Part shown: piece after piece, positions 46,330-57,489 of the stretch
How the letters are laid out: every line of letters starts with the position of its first letter
How positions within the stretch are numbered: the first letter of the stretch is position 1
Assembly: GCA_965649825.1 (NCBI GenBank)
Contig: OZ287706.1
Span: forward strand, 434,001-498,000
Direction of reading: 5' to 3'
DNA: 64,000 nt
DNA from: Penicillus capitatus
Taxonomy: Eukaryota > Plantae > Chlorophyta
The notes under the pieces: model-generated
The model's database searches: none
Told to the model about the DNA's origin: nothing
The model's input: the letters and a program-made list of their open reading frames with translations, nothing else
Translations under genes and position numbers: made by a program

Positions 46330-48046
46330 TCAAAAGGCAAGCAGTTCAGAATCTATTGTTTGACGATTTGGAGTGTTTGACAAGTTGGCAAAAGAAAAAG
46401 ACATTCTCGAAAACTGGGAACGACCGATACGGATCTCGTTCCCGTTTTCTGCGCGACTCCGTGAGAAGAGTCGATTGTAAGAAAAGATGAAACTGAGACA
46501 GAAAGTGGAAGAAGGCTTTGCGTCTTTGAGGGCGATGGCGGCGCGCGACTTCATTGCGACCATTACAGCCCTTCGGGCTTCCCCTAGACAAAAGCTGTAC
46601 CCAAAGTTTAGACCGCCGCCGCTCGAAAGAGCGGTCCATTGTTAGATTCTTGATGCCAAACCTGACAGGTCGCCGCGATGAACGTTCTTCATCGACGAAC
46701 TGGACGTGGGTGTGTAGCACCACGGTTCTTGGGATCCTTCTTCAAGAGGCCACCAACAGCAGCCAGATCCTTCGCACGCTTCTTGGCTGCTGCCGTCACC
46801 TAAGGCGCAGCAGGAGTAACGAAGCTCTCCGTCAATGACTGGATCACAAAACAGGGTGTTTACCGCAGGGCTGGCGATCGGATATCGAGATTTGACAACG
46901 GGATTGGTCGATGTCCGAGTTCTTGAAGAAGCAGGAAGGCAGAGGAATGTATTCGTCCCAGCAGCAACCGCGATCCTCGCACTCCTGTTGCGTCGTACTG
47001 AGCTCGCCTGTCACACCACAGTCGAAAGCATCTCATCCGATCTGTCACATCAACAGGATCGAAGTGCACCGCAGTCGCTTCTGTAAAGTTGATTGGCACA
47101 GTAATCGTATCCTGAGTTCTTGAAGAAACACCAAGGTTCCTCAGATCCTTCTCCGAATTCATGATAGCAGCAGTCTCTGTCCAAGCATTCCGGTTCAGTA
47201 ATGGGACCTCTCCCTGAAACTCCACACATTCAACATATGCCAATTCTAGGAAGTGCGCTTACCGCAATCGTTGAGATATGATGATCCGCTTGTGTCGCAA
47301 GTGAATCCGGAACTATCCACTCCTGATTGCGCGGCCGTGGCGACGGGTGTGGATTCTGTGGCACCTAAAAGAAGAGATTTGGGCGTCATTCTTGCTTAGC
47401 CACATGTCTAGTATTACATGGACATGGACCATCGCAAGCAATTGGTATTTCTTCATATTCGGCCGTGCACTTGTTGTACGTTTTCCCATCTTCTCCGCAA
47501 ACCGGCACATAAGTTATCGGACACGAAGGTCCTGTCCCTGTTTTCGGCAACAAGTGCCCCGGAGGTTCTATCTTTCGCATTGGCTTGTACACTTTTGGAA
47601 GTGCACTCTTTTGCGGGTAAGGTTCGGCGCATGTTGGACATGGACGCCAGAAAGGTACCCAGATTGTCTCGGGTGTTGGAGGCACATCACCTGAAACGCA
47701 AGATCTTCTCTCTAGGATTTAACTTCACAGCTTACATGGACAGCTGCCTTTGCAAGCGATCGTCGCACAATTCATAGTCGCGAAGCAGCTATTGTAGTAC
47801 GTTTGACCATCCGAACCACAGACTGGTGCGCGTAGCCAAGGGAAGATGCATGACCAATCATTCGTGCATCCATTCTTGTCAACACCTGCACAGAATTCTC
47901 TCACATGCACCGTCAAAGAAGCCCAGATGATGTCACGACCGCACATCTAGGCGAACTCGAGGACGACGTCTCTTACCTACAGATCTCCCCGTCGACTGAG
48001 CGCGTGATGCGGCGAGGAAGAGAACGAAGAGAAGAAGGCGTGACAT
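46330..48046 (-). CDS. Secreted two-Kazal plus three-trefoil fusion protein (inverted paralogue of the gene at 30946)
   Basis: MSRLLLFVLFLAASRAQ signal peptide. Kazal motifs APVCGSDGQTYYNSC and CPITYVPVCGEDGKTYNKC, joined by phase-1 introns to trefoil exons nearly identical to 31370-32050. The 3' end is uncertain. Confidence 0.75.
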
Positions 48047-48304
48047 TCTCGCCGGATCTACCAGACAGGACTCTCTCTTTACACGGGTCGTACGCTCGAG
48101 GTCGCTGAAAAGCTGCGACGGGGATGGTCCTTTTCGATTTAGAAGACGGCTTCAGAATCGAGTTGACGGTGGGCAGAGGAAGGTGACTCATGCACCATCA
48201 TCTGCCAACCGTTCGACCTCTCCACGAGGCTGCGTCCACGAGTGGCGTCCGGAATTAGAGCAGAATCCACGGACACCGGTCACGATCCAGGCGCTGTACG
48301 ACAC

Positions 48305-49654
48305 ATGGAAGGGGATGCTGTTTTCGTCGGATGCTACGAGCGGTTTGTCTTTAAGTACATCGTCAGCAGCGTTCCAGAAAAGAAAGGCAGTCAATCCGAA
48401 GCGACGGAATCCGTACAACATCGACACCCGTTTCGCGCCGCCGCCTCGCATGCTGCCCATACGGTAAGTCTCCTTCCCATATCACGCGATCCTAACATGC
48501 CGGGGCCGTTCTTCGGATCTCAGGGCGCTGTCAAATGCATTGCCCTTGGAGGGAGCGCCGTGTTCTCAGGTGGATTCGGTGATATCATCCGTGTATATCA
48601 TGCAGAGGTTAGAGATCCTGTTCAATACTCATGAACACGATGCGGATCGATGACTCTCGGTTTGGTCAGAGTGGACGGGATGAAGATTCTATGACGGTTC
48701 CAGATGCCGGCGCCATATCGTGTCTCGCAGCGTTTTCCCAATCCACTGACGGAACGGCGTCTCTCCTGCTCAATGGATGTACCGACGGCTCGATGCACAT
48801 CTGGAAGAGAAAAGGCCGTTCCTGGCTGCATCATAAGCGTCTGCCCTTTCACAAAGCCGCCGTCAATGCCGTTGACATCCATTCAACTGGAAGAATGGCG
48901 TTTACTGTCGCACGGTCTGCGCCGTCTGTCGACCCTCCCTTGCACTTAGAAGTGATGGTAGAGATCGCGGTTTGGTGCTGTGGGATCTGATCCATCTCAA
49001 AAGAGCCTTCAGCTGTCGGTTGTCGACCGAAGCATCGCACGTCGCTTTCCATCCCTATCAATCTGAGGTCGTCCACTCCATATCTGTCTATTCTGTGGGA
49101 CGCTATTTTGCGCAGTTCTACACGCTCTGTTATCAAAACACGGTTGCTCGTCTGCGCACGGATGACGGTGCTTCGTTCGATTGCTGGAAACAGATGGCTG
49201 ACGTCCAAGGGATGCGTTTCTGGAAGAGACGCCATTTTCTGACGATCGCAGATGATGGAGCTGTGCGACTCTGGGATGAACGGTGCAGAGAGATGTCGAT
49301 GGAACTGGCCGATGCCCATTGTTCCAGAATCAAGGGCATCGATGTGCTCAATTCGCACCACTTTATCACGGGTGCATCCGACGGTAGCGATCGATGTTTA
49401 TCTTGATCTCTCTGACGTGACAGCTGCCGTTCTCAGGCGAGATGAAAATCTGGGATGTCCGGAAAACGAAGAAAAGGTTGGCACCTAACTGCCTGTCACT
49501 GATCTGCATGAGATGTGCCGATGTCAGTCTGAAGTGTGTGTCGTTGGCAAGTGTGGAGACAGAAGCGCGTATCACATGTCTCGTCTGTGTCCCTTGTCGG
49601 AATCTGCACGATGGTTCATCGGCGAAACGCAAACGATCGGACATACAAGCGTGA
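48305..49654 (+). CDS. WD40 protein, PAK1IP1/MAK11-like (60S biogenesis)
   Basis: VGCYERFVF, HAAHT..VKCIA, HKAAVNAVDIHSTGRMAFTV, AHCSRIKGI, ITGASDG, ETEARITCL; multi-exon. Confidence 0.75.
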
Positions 49655-49693
49655 CAGTCGATGATGTTACATAAGAGAGGTGTTGGTTCGTCG

Positions 49694-50083
49694 CTAGAGG
49701 CAGCACCATGGATCGTTTCCTCGAACCATGCTCATTGCTCTTTTTGTTAGGCTTCTAGAGATTTTCGTTTTGGCGGCATCTGGGTCATAGCCATTTCCTC
49801 GTCTGTGCCACACGTGCGGAACTGCTGGAGATTGCCGCCGTCTTTTCGCATCTAAGATATCCGACACCGTGCTGTCATTGTTGACACGGCTCCTCAATAT
49901 TGCCTGCACGTCTCTCTTTCTTTTCCGATCCGTCGAATGTATGGACGGCCCATCGAAGCCAGAGAGAACGAAAAGGAGGATCCCAAACAGCTGATACCAA
50001 AGAACTGCAAAGCGTGCATAAGATAGAGCGTCGAGGTAGAGAAGATCACAAATCCGAGCATCTACATACGTCTGATGTGACAT
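49694..50083 (-). CDS. Hypothetical small protein with one hydrophobic segment
   Basis: 129 aa ORF filling the gap between two genes; no recognised motif. Confidence 0.3.
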   Translation of the reverse strand: MSHQTYVDARICDLLYLDALSYARFAVLWYQLFGILLFVLSGFDGPSIHSTDRKRKRDVQAILRSRVNNDSTVSDILDAKRRRQSPAVPHVWHRRGNGYDPDAAKTKISRSLTKRAMSMVRGNDPWCCL

Positions 50084-50454
50084 GACGACGTCGCGGACGA
50101 GATCCTGGCCACGGACACACCCTTAGCTCTTGGCGAAACAACACTTAGCCGCCATTCGCCTTAGTATGAACGCCTCGGTCTTTAACGATGTGACGTGGCA
50201 AAGCCGTTAGAGAGCGAAGATACAAAGTCCGCCGTTTGCTGTTCCATCAACAAAAGATAGAGAAAGGCACAGTATCGAGCAGCAAGAGCGTATGTCATAC
50301 ATACGCTTGCTTATGTACTTGGCGTTTGAAAGAGAACGCGGCGCGGTCGTGTCATGATGTGACGTAACCTGCTCCGTCCGTCCGACGCGAGGGACGTGTT
50401 GCGTTGCACCGAGGCAAAGAGGGTCAAAACAGAAGTCGTTGCCTGTCCGTTTAC

Positions 50455-51552
50455 TTAATTGATCACATCCACCACCACTCGGCGCGATTTGATCGGCGCC
50501 CATTTCATTCTCTTCCAGTAAACGGCCAACACGAGCATCAGTGAAAGAGCAAACATCCATTTGGCACCCATCAGTTTACGCTCATCGTGCTCTGGCTCGG
50601 CGGCCCACGCCAGAAAAGTGGTGACGTCTTTGGCCTGCTGCGACTCTGTAGCGGGAGTGCCATCTTCGTATTCAACGCCTTCATCGGCTAACATCTTCGG
50701 CATCGCAATGGCACCCCCTGGGAAATATGGATTGTAATAGAGTCCTTCGCGAACGGTGATTCCGGCTGGCGGCTCGCGGTATCCCAGGAGCAAGGAAAAC
50801 ACATAGTTCTGACCGTCGTGTCGCGCTTTAGTGATGAGACTGAGATCGGGAGGATAGGCGCCGCCGTTTGCAAAACGCGCCGCCTCTTCGTTGGCATATG
50901 GACTGGGAAACTTATCGCTTAAGCGACCGGGACGTGTGAACATCTCTCCTTCGTCGTTTGGACCGTCCGTCATTTCGACTTCTGCTGCGATCTCTTTTGC
51001 CTCGTCCTCTGTGTAGGCAACATCCACCAGATTGCGAAAATGAATGAGATTAAGACTGTGACACGCCGCACACACCTGAAGAGAGTGACGCTGAAAAGAG
51101 TGAGGTGTTATGGTGGGGTATCTTGCCTGTGTGTAGACAGCGTGGCCGCGGCGAATCGAGGCGTGGTCGTAAGAGCTGAACCAACCGTTGTGTGACCACG
51201 GATATTTACCTGATGACAGGAGCCTCTGTGTGAGAAGTGTGATAAAGAGTGAGAGGACCGGCTGGGAGTCCATGCTCTGCCTCGTCCTCGGCGCAGGCAG
51301 TGGGGTTGACGAAAGCAGCGGCGGCTGTGGCGAGGCCGACCCATCCCAAAAGCTTTGAAACGCTCTCCGTTCCGTTTCCTGTTCCTTTGTGCGTTTCTGC
51401 CGCGAAGGCCGATGCCAAAAGCGTCTGCGAAACAGATCGGTGCACGATCAAACGGAGGACGTTGGTACGTTCGGTAAAGTGGATGTCCACGACGAGGAGT
51501 TGATGGATAGTCTCAGATGACGCAGAAGGGATCCACCGTTTGTTCGCAGCAT
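50455..51552 (-). CDS. CYC1: Mitochondrial cytochrome c1 heme protein
   Basis: [15 protein letters not shown], heme motif [25 protein letters not shown]-terminal TM helix. The start codon is inferred. Confidence 0.96.
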
Positions 51553-52022
51553 CGTCTGGCGACTTTCCAAAGATCCGTCGAATGCGCGCCCTTCTGCTAA
51601 TGACTTGTGATTTTGGACCAAAAATGAACATCTTGCGATCGACAGCGCTTTCATAATCGGCTTCCACTTTTTCCACACGGTGGCATCCACTGCCAAGGCC
51701 TTGAACACTGTGGCGTCATTAACGGACGGTTGTTCACGGGGAGACGTCGTTTAAGGTACGTTTTGTGCGGCGACACGGATCTGTGACCAAAAGCAATGGG
51801 TCACCGACGGCGCGTCACATCGCTCTGTGCGTCAGCATCTCGGTGGTGATGACGATCGGTTTCACCGTTCGATGTGGAGGCATCACTCGATCACGTGAAA
51901 ATTATGGACGTTAGCGTCTGCGTCAACACACAACATCGACGTTCTTCACTTATCAATTCTATCAGGAAACAGCAGTGGATAACAACAAGCACATATGGTC
52001 TCCTTCATGACGACAGCCTCTC

Positions 52023-53330
52023 TTACAGTGTGATCAAATCTTCAAACGGATCATCAGACTTCTTTGCACTCTGTTGGGGAGGTGGCGGCGGCGGCGGTTG
52101 AGTTGTGGTCGGGGGATGAACGGGTGGTGATGTCTGGGCCGCCAACATATCAAACGGATCTGTCGCCTTTGTCTGCTGCGTGGAAAAGTCTGTCGCCAGT
52201 GCAGCGAAATCGTCGACGGGAGGCGGTGGACGTGGTGGATGAGATGATGTCGATGCACCGCCACCACCACCTGTAGCTTCTTCCGGCACAGCAGCTGTCA
52301 CATCATCATCGAATGCCATCAGAGATGTCTCCACCGTCTTCTCCTCCTCCATGGGCTTCTTCGCATTGGCGGCCTTCTTCAGCATCTCCTCATAGCGAAG
52401 CAAAGCGGCGCCCAATTCGTCGTTCAGCGCAAGTGCCTCGGCCAAGATCGTCTCGTTCGTTGCCCCTTCGATGAGCTTCTTCAATTTGGGCAGCGTCTCT
52501 GTGCACTGCTCACAGAGGTCTTTGATATAATCCTGATGCACCATTTCCGGTTCGTTCAGCGGAATCGAACCCAGAGCATCTTTCAACAGTTCTACACTGT
52601 TGGCCACAAAACGCAGATCCGAGTGCAGTTGCTCGGTATTCCGTCCAGGCTCCTCCATCTGTGGCCGGAACGGCACTCTCTGCTGCACAGGTGGCGGCGC
52701 CGGCTCTCTCGATAGATCCTGCAGCGCCTCTTGGATGGCTCTCTGATCTTCGGCGCTCACATCTGCCATCGCCGTGGCATCGCGCGTCGAGGGGGGAAGA
52801 CTGAATCCAGCACCAATCTCCTCTGGCTGTCTTGTCGGAAAACGCACCCCCGACATCTGCAAGGCATTGTACGAATCTCTAAAACGACTCGTGGGCAAAG
52901 CATGGGCACAATCTTCGACCAAAATCAATACCTTGTCCTGGACCTGCAGATCGGCACGCTTTTTGGGATCGGCCAGACGCAAGACCTCTTCCCAGAAGTC
53001 CGATGTCGCCAGAGCCGTCTGAAATTCCGACCCTGTATTCTTGACACATGTTTCCAGCAATGTCAGTGTCAAAACTTGAATCTTGGGATTGTTGGCCTTC
53101 ATCAAACGGCGGCGCAGGGCTTTGAACACGCGTTCGTAGCAAGCGGCCGTTGGATTGGTATTGATAATATCCACCACCTCCATATTGATACCCCAGTCCG
53201 GATTTATCATCATTTCTGAAGTCGCCCTCTCAACCACCTCCACGACTTGACGTTCTGCGGCGTCGGCCGGGGCGCCAAATCCCCTTAGACGTTCCACATT
53301 CTCTTTCAGACGTTCCTTGAGCGATTGCAT
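52023..53330 (-). CDS. TOM1-like (TOL) VHS-GAT ubiquitin adaptor
   Basis: VHS motif VERATSEMMINPDWGINMEVVD...VLTLTLLETCVKN and GAT motif LAEALALNDEL; intronless. Confidence 0.9.
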   Translation of the reverse strand: MQSLKERLKENVERLRGFGAPADAAERQVVEVVERATSEMMINPDWGINMEVVDIINTNPTAACYERVFKALRRRLMKANNPKIQVLTLTLLETCVKNTGSEFQTALATSDFWEEVLRLADPKKRADLQVQDKVLILVEDCAHALPTSRFRDSYNALQMSGVRFPTRQPEEIGAGFSLPPSTRDATAMADVSAEDQRAIQEALQDLSREPAPPPVQQRVPFRPQMEEPGRNTEQLHSDLRFVANSVELLKDALGSIPLNEPEMVHQDYIKDLCEQCTETLPKLKKLIEGATNETILAEALALNDELGAALLRYEEMLKKAANAKKPMEEEKTVETSLMAFDDDVTAAVPEEATGGGGGASTSSHPPRPPPPVDDFAALATDFSTQQTKATDPFDMLAAQTSPPVHPPTTTQPPPPPPPQQSAKKSDDPFEDLITL

Positions 53331-53384
53331 AATCGATAACAATACAAACTGGCCGCGTGTTTGTCCGTTCGCTTGCGAATATGC

Positions 53385-53476
53385 GTATGTTCGTGCGTGG
53401 GTATGTATGTTCGTGCGTGGGTATGTATGTTCGTGTGTTCGAGGGTATGTTCGTGCGTGGGTGGGTGCGTGTGGGG
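53385..53476. repeat. Short tandem repeat (about 20 bp unit GTATGTATGTTCGTGCGTGG) in the divergent TOL/DnaJ intergenic region
   Basis: About four full or partial copies read directly. Confidence 0.8.
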
Positions 53477-53555
53477 TATCTGCGCCGTCGTCAATTCTGA
53501 CGCATTCATTAACACAAGGCGATAAAGAAGAATCTTTGACATCGTAGTGCTCAAG

Positions 53556-55162
53556 ATGCAAGACGGTCGAGAAGAAACAGAGGACGGACCTCCTGAAGAT
53601 TTCGACTTCAATGATTACTTTTCACTTCGACGTCCGCGTGACGTCGTTGCCGGCCTCTCTTCGGGACTCAAATCTATTGCCAAAGGTGTGACGGGTGGGG
53701 CCGTCTCGCTCTTAGCAGCGCCCGTCGTCTACACTCAGAAAGAAGGGGTCAAAGGCCTCGGCAAAGGCGTTGCGGTTGGCGTCGCCGGTGCCGCAGTGTT
53801 GCCAGTCGTCGGCGTTGCCGTGGGCGTCTCACAATTCGCTCGAGGGCTATGCAACACGCCTGTCGCTGTCTACGAAAGCACACGAGGTCGTTACTGGGAT
53901 GCCTCTCAGCGCGAATGGGTTGATGAACGACCACTGCCACTCGTTGTGGAGGAGGAAGAGGCAGCCATAGGAATTGGAGGTGCGCATACCCGAGATGTTT
54001 ATCGAGGTCACGTCGTAGATGCTTACCAGGTATCGATGACCCATCTGGATACTATGCCATCTTAGAAGTCGACCAGAATTGCACAGCGGACGATATCAAA
54101 CGACAGTACTTCCTGTTGGCGCGGAAATATCACCCAGATAAAAATCCGAACGATCCAGAAGCGAAGGCGAAGTTTCAGGCATTGGGGGAGGCCTATCAGG
54201 TGTTGGCCGATCCTCAGTTGAGGCAGCAGTACAATCGAACTGGAGGGGAGGGTATTGAAGTGGATTTTATGGACGGCGTCGAATTCTTTGGCATGCTCTT
54301 TGGCTGCGAACAGTTTGAGTATCTCATCGGTGAGATGTTTCTGGCGACGACTGTGCGGCTGTCGGGAGACGTGTTCGATTCAACGATGAAGCGATTTCAG
54401 GTGGAACGCGTTGAGAAACTCGCCGTCAATCTCCGAGCCCTGCTCCAACGCTACGAACAGGGAGACGAAGAGGGATTCGTTTTGGCCCAAGAGTCAGAGG
54501 CGCAACGTTTGGCCCAGGTCTCTTTCGGCAAGACCATGCTCTACGCCATCGGAAGGGTGTACGAAGACCAAGCGAACATCTACTTAGGAAATTTCATTCA
54601 GAGCAGTCTGGCGGCGTTTCGACAGAGGGGAGAAGTCATCCGGACACACTTTCAGGCAGTGAAGATGGCCGTCAAGGTACTGAATGCGCGTAAACAGATC
54701 GAGAAAATCGAAGAGAAGACGAAAGCGAACGGAGCACCGCAGGAGCGATCGGGTACATCGGAGGTCGATGGCTTCGCCGATGTGCCGCTTTCGGAAGAGC
54801 CAGGAATGGACCCAGAGACAGAACAGGAAGCTTATGAGGCATTGATGCGACGGGCAGAGCTGGAGGAAGCTGCATTGCCTGTGGTGCTGGAGGCGATGTG
54901 GGCCGCAAACGTGATCGATATCCAAGGGACGATTCGCAAAGTCTGTCGCCGTGTCTTATCGGACGCTCCGCGTGAGGCGTTGAGACGTCGAGCAGAAGGA
55001 TTGCGTATCATGGGCGGTATCTTCTGCCAGAACGGCATGTCGACGATCGGTCGTGGGAACGATGAAACAGCCGATGCAAAACAAGCGTTGGAAGCTGCAA
55101 TGCTGAGAGTGGTTGAGAAACGAAACGCAGCAGACGATGCTATGTATCAAGATCAGCAATAA
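53556..55162 (+). CDS. DnaJ protein with J-domain and DnaJ-X domain, plus an N-terminal amphipathic Gly-rich segment
   Basis: ARKYHPDKNPNDPEAKAKFQALGEAYQVL (HPD motif). X-domain text FGKTMLYAIGRVY and WAANVIDIQGTIRKVCRRVL. One intron at about 54030-54066. Confidence 0.9.
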
Positions 55163-55809
55163 TGTGCACACCCACCACGACGAATGACTATGCCATCACA
55201 TGGACTGAGAATCGAAGGCGGCGGAAGTGGATGCATCTCATCATCTGGACCGAAGAATGCATGCAGTATTTGTTACGCGTTGATGGACGACGCTTGTAAC
55301 GAAGAATCGTTGTTCGAGGGTCTCCCTCGTCTTCGCAACGCATTGCCGTGGCGAGCGACGCGATGAACGCAGAGTGGGTGACCGCTGTCAAGTATAGACG
55401 GCGGCGGCTGTCGCGGCGAGAGTGGTATTACCACGACGTCTGTTGTTCGGGGGTCGTTTTTCAAGTCATGTCGACGGTTTGTGCTTTTCGTCATCGTGTT
55501 CATTCCACTGGCACACAGTTTACACATAGAAAGAGATTTGTTTATTCTGTGAGTTGCCCTCCGTTTGCAATACTTACCAACAACAAGCCGCCACACATTC
55601 CTTTCCACTAAGGTGGTGGTGGTGTATATAATTTGATTATGTTATAGTTCGTCAGTGACTCGGTCAGTCCATCGCTCACTCATTTTCAAAAAAATGAGCA
55701 AACGGCGCAGAAATAAATAGAGGCCGATATGGCGAGGAACGTAAAAGACGTCATGACCATCGATCGGCGTCTGTCAACGCTCAGACGTCATCGTCGTCTT
55801 CATCGTTGT

Positions 55810-57243
55810 TTATGGTACTGGATGTTTTATAATTAAACAGCGTGGCGTCGGTCGAATCGACCTGTGTCCATTCCGCCCTTCACAGCAGAGCCTTGAGCGA
55901 CCATCGTTGTCACAAGGCCATCCATACCTGGTTGGATAGACTCGCCGGCGGGCGCGATTGAGCTCGGTACTCTTGACCTCTTCAATACGCGATTCCAGCC
56001 ATATCAACAGCTCATTCGTCGAGGTATCCAGTCCATGCGAGACGGATGCGGACGTTACGGGAATCGTTCTGTGCAGCAGAGAGGCAAGAGTGTGAGATCG
56101 TGCAAGCATGATGTGACAGGCGGACCTTTGTGGACTCGATGCTGCATTGGCGACAGCGCCACGGTGCTGCGCAGCTTTGCTGAGGATTTCTCTGGGGATG
56201 TCATCCAAATCGAATGTTCCGGATTGATAGCAGCTCTCGAGCCAGCGAAACATTTCGGCTGTTGGAGAAGAGGCATCTTTCGGCGTGGTCGGCAACTGAA
56301 TGGTCGTCTCGTACTGCCACCCGTCTTCGTTTCGCTCGCCGTGTGGTCCGACCGATGTCGAAGGCATCGACGGTTCCACTCCCGGACTGCGCTCGCGATC
56401 GCTGGCGCCGAGGTCCGACGGGACGAAGGAGATTCTGTGGGAACTGGTCGGCGAAGGGGCCACTTGGGAACTCGGTCTGGCCAGAGCAATGCCCCTCTAT
56501 CAGATGCCGACGGAAGAGAATTCCTACCTTCTCTCACTGTAGACGCTTCTGTCCGCTATCGACCGGTTCGTCGACGATCCCGGCTGAACGGAGCTCGCGA
56601 CAGACGGTGTGGGGTGCCTGGTGCGAAGAGAGATCTACGTCCAATCGAAAGGGTATTTTGGCGGCGGATGCACCTCGGAATTCTGGATGCGCGTTTTCTG
56701 GGATCGATCATCGGGCCAGACGGCGGCGTGGTCGAGCGCACTCTCATCACTGCTGTCTGCACATCGGTTGGCGTAGCCGGCGGCTGCATATGCGTTCGAC
56801 ACATCTCAAGTTCCGTTGGCGATCCTAAATGCGATCACATACAGACATGTCTGGAAGAAGACGAAGCGACGAGGGGAGACTTTGGTAGGCACGAGGTGGC
56901 GGCGTTCGTGGAGTACGTGTGGCGACGGCGGGTTGATCATCATAAGATGCCGCCGCCACCGGGACGCTTTGCATCGATCCAAAGGCGGCGGGCGTCCGTA
57001 CGGTGGAGGGCTCGCCATAGGATGGCATAGGCATGTGCTGAAGGACGCGACCCGGTGCGACGGGGGGTGATCCGGAACGGCTTCCTCCTCGACTTCGGCG
57101 CTCAGACGGTGGCGGCGGTCGGGCAGCAGGTGTGGCGTTTCTGGGTCTTGTCCACGACGGTGCTGGATAATAAGGATGCACAGTCTTAGGGACATGCGCA
57201 GCGAGGGGAGGCATTTCATGGCCTGCGGGGAATCTGGAATCAA
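55810..57243 (-). CDS. Hypothetical protein (probably multi-exon)
   Basis: Several consecutive minus-strand ORFs with coding-like composition between flanking genes; no recognised family. Confidence 0.35.
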
Positions 57244-57489
57244 ACAACAACGATGATCGAGATCAGCTTGAAAAGGCGTAGTAACTATTCAAGGTCTATA
57301 CAATAAACAAACACTCGTAAATGTCTCAAACAAGACAATCTTTGCGACACAGACAGAGGCAGGTTGAGAGAGAGCTTCTTTTTCTCATAGTTGAGAATCG
57401 GCCTCCCTAAAACAACGTACACGCTAAGAAGGGAGGCCGCTGGTTTATTACTTATTCAGTCAGGCAGGCAGATAGCATCGGAAGGGAGA

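Noticed and set aside
53331-53561. N-terminal extension of the 512 aa TOL ORF
   Set aside because: It is a translation of the intergenic tandem repeat and overlaps the DnaJ start.
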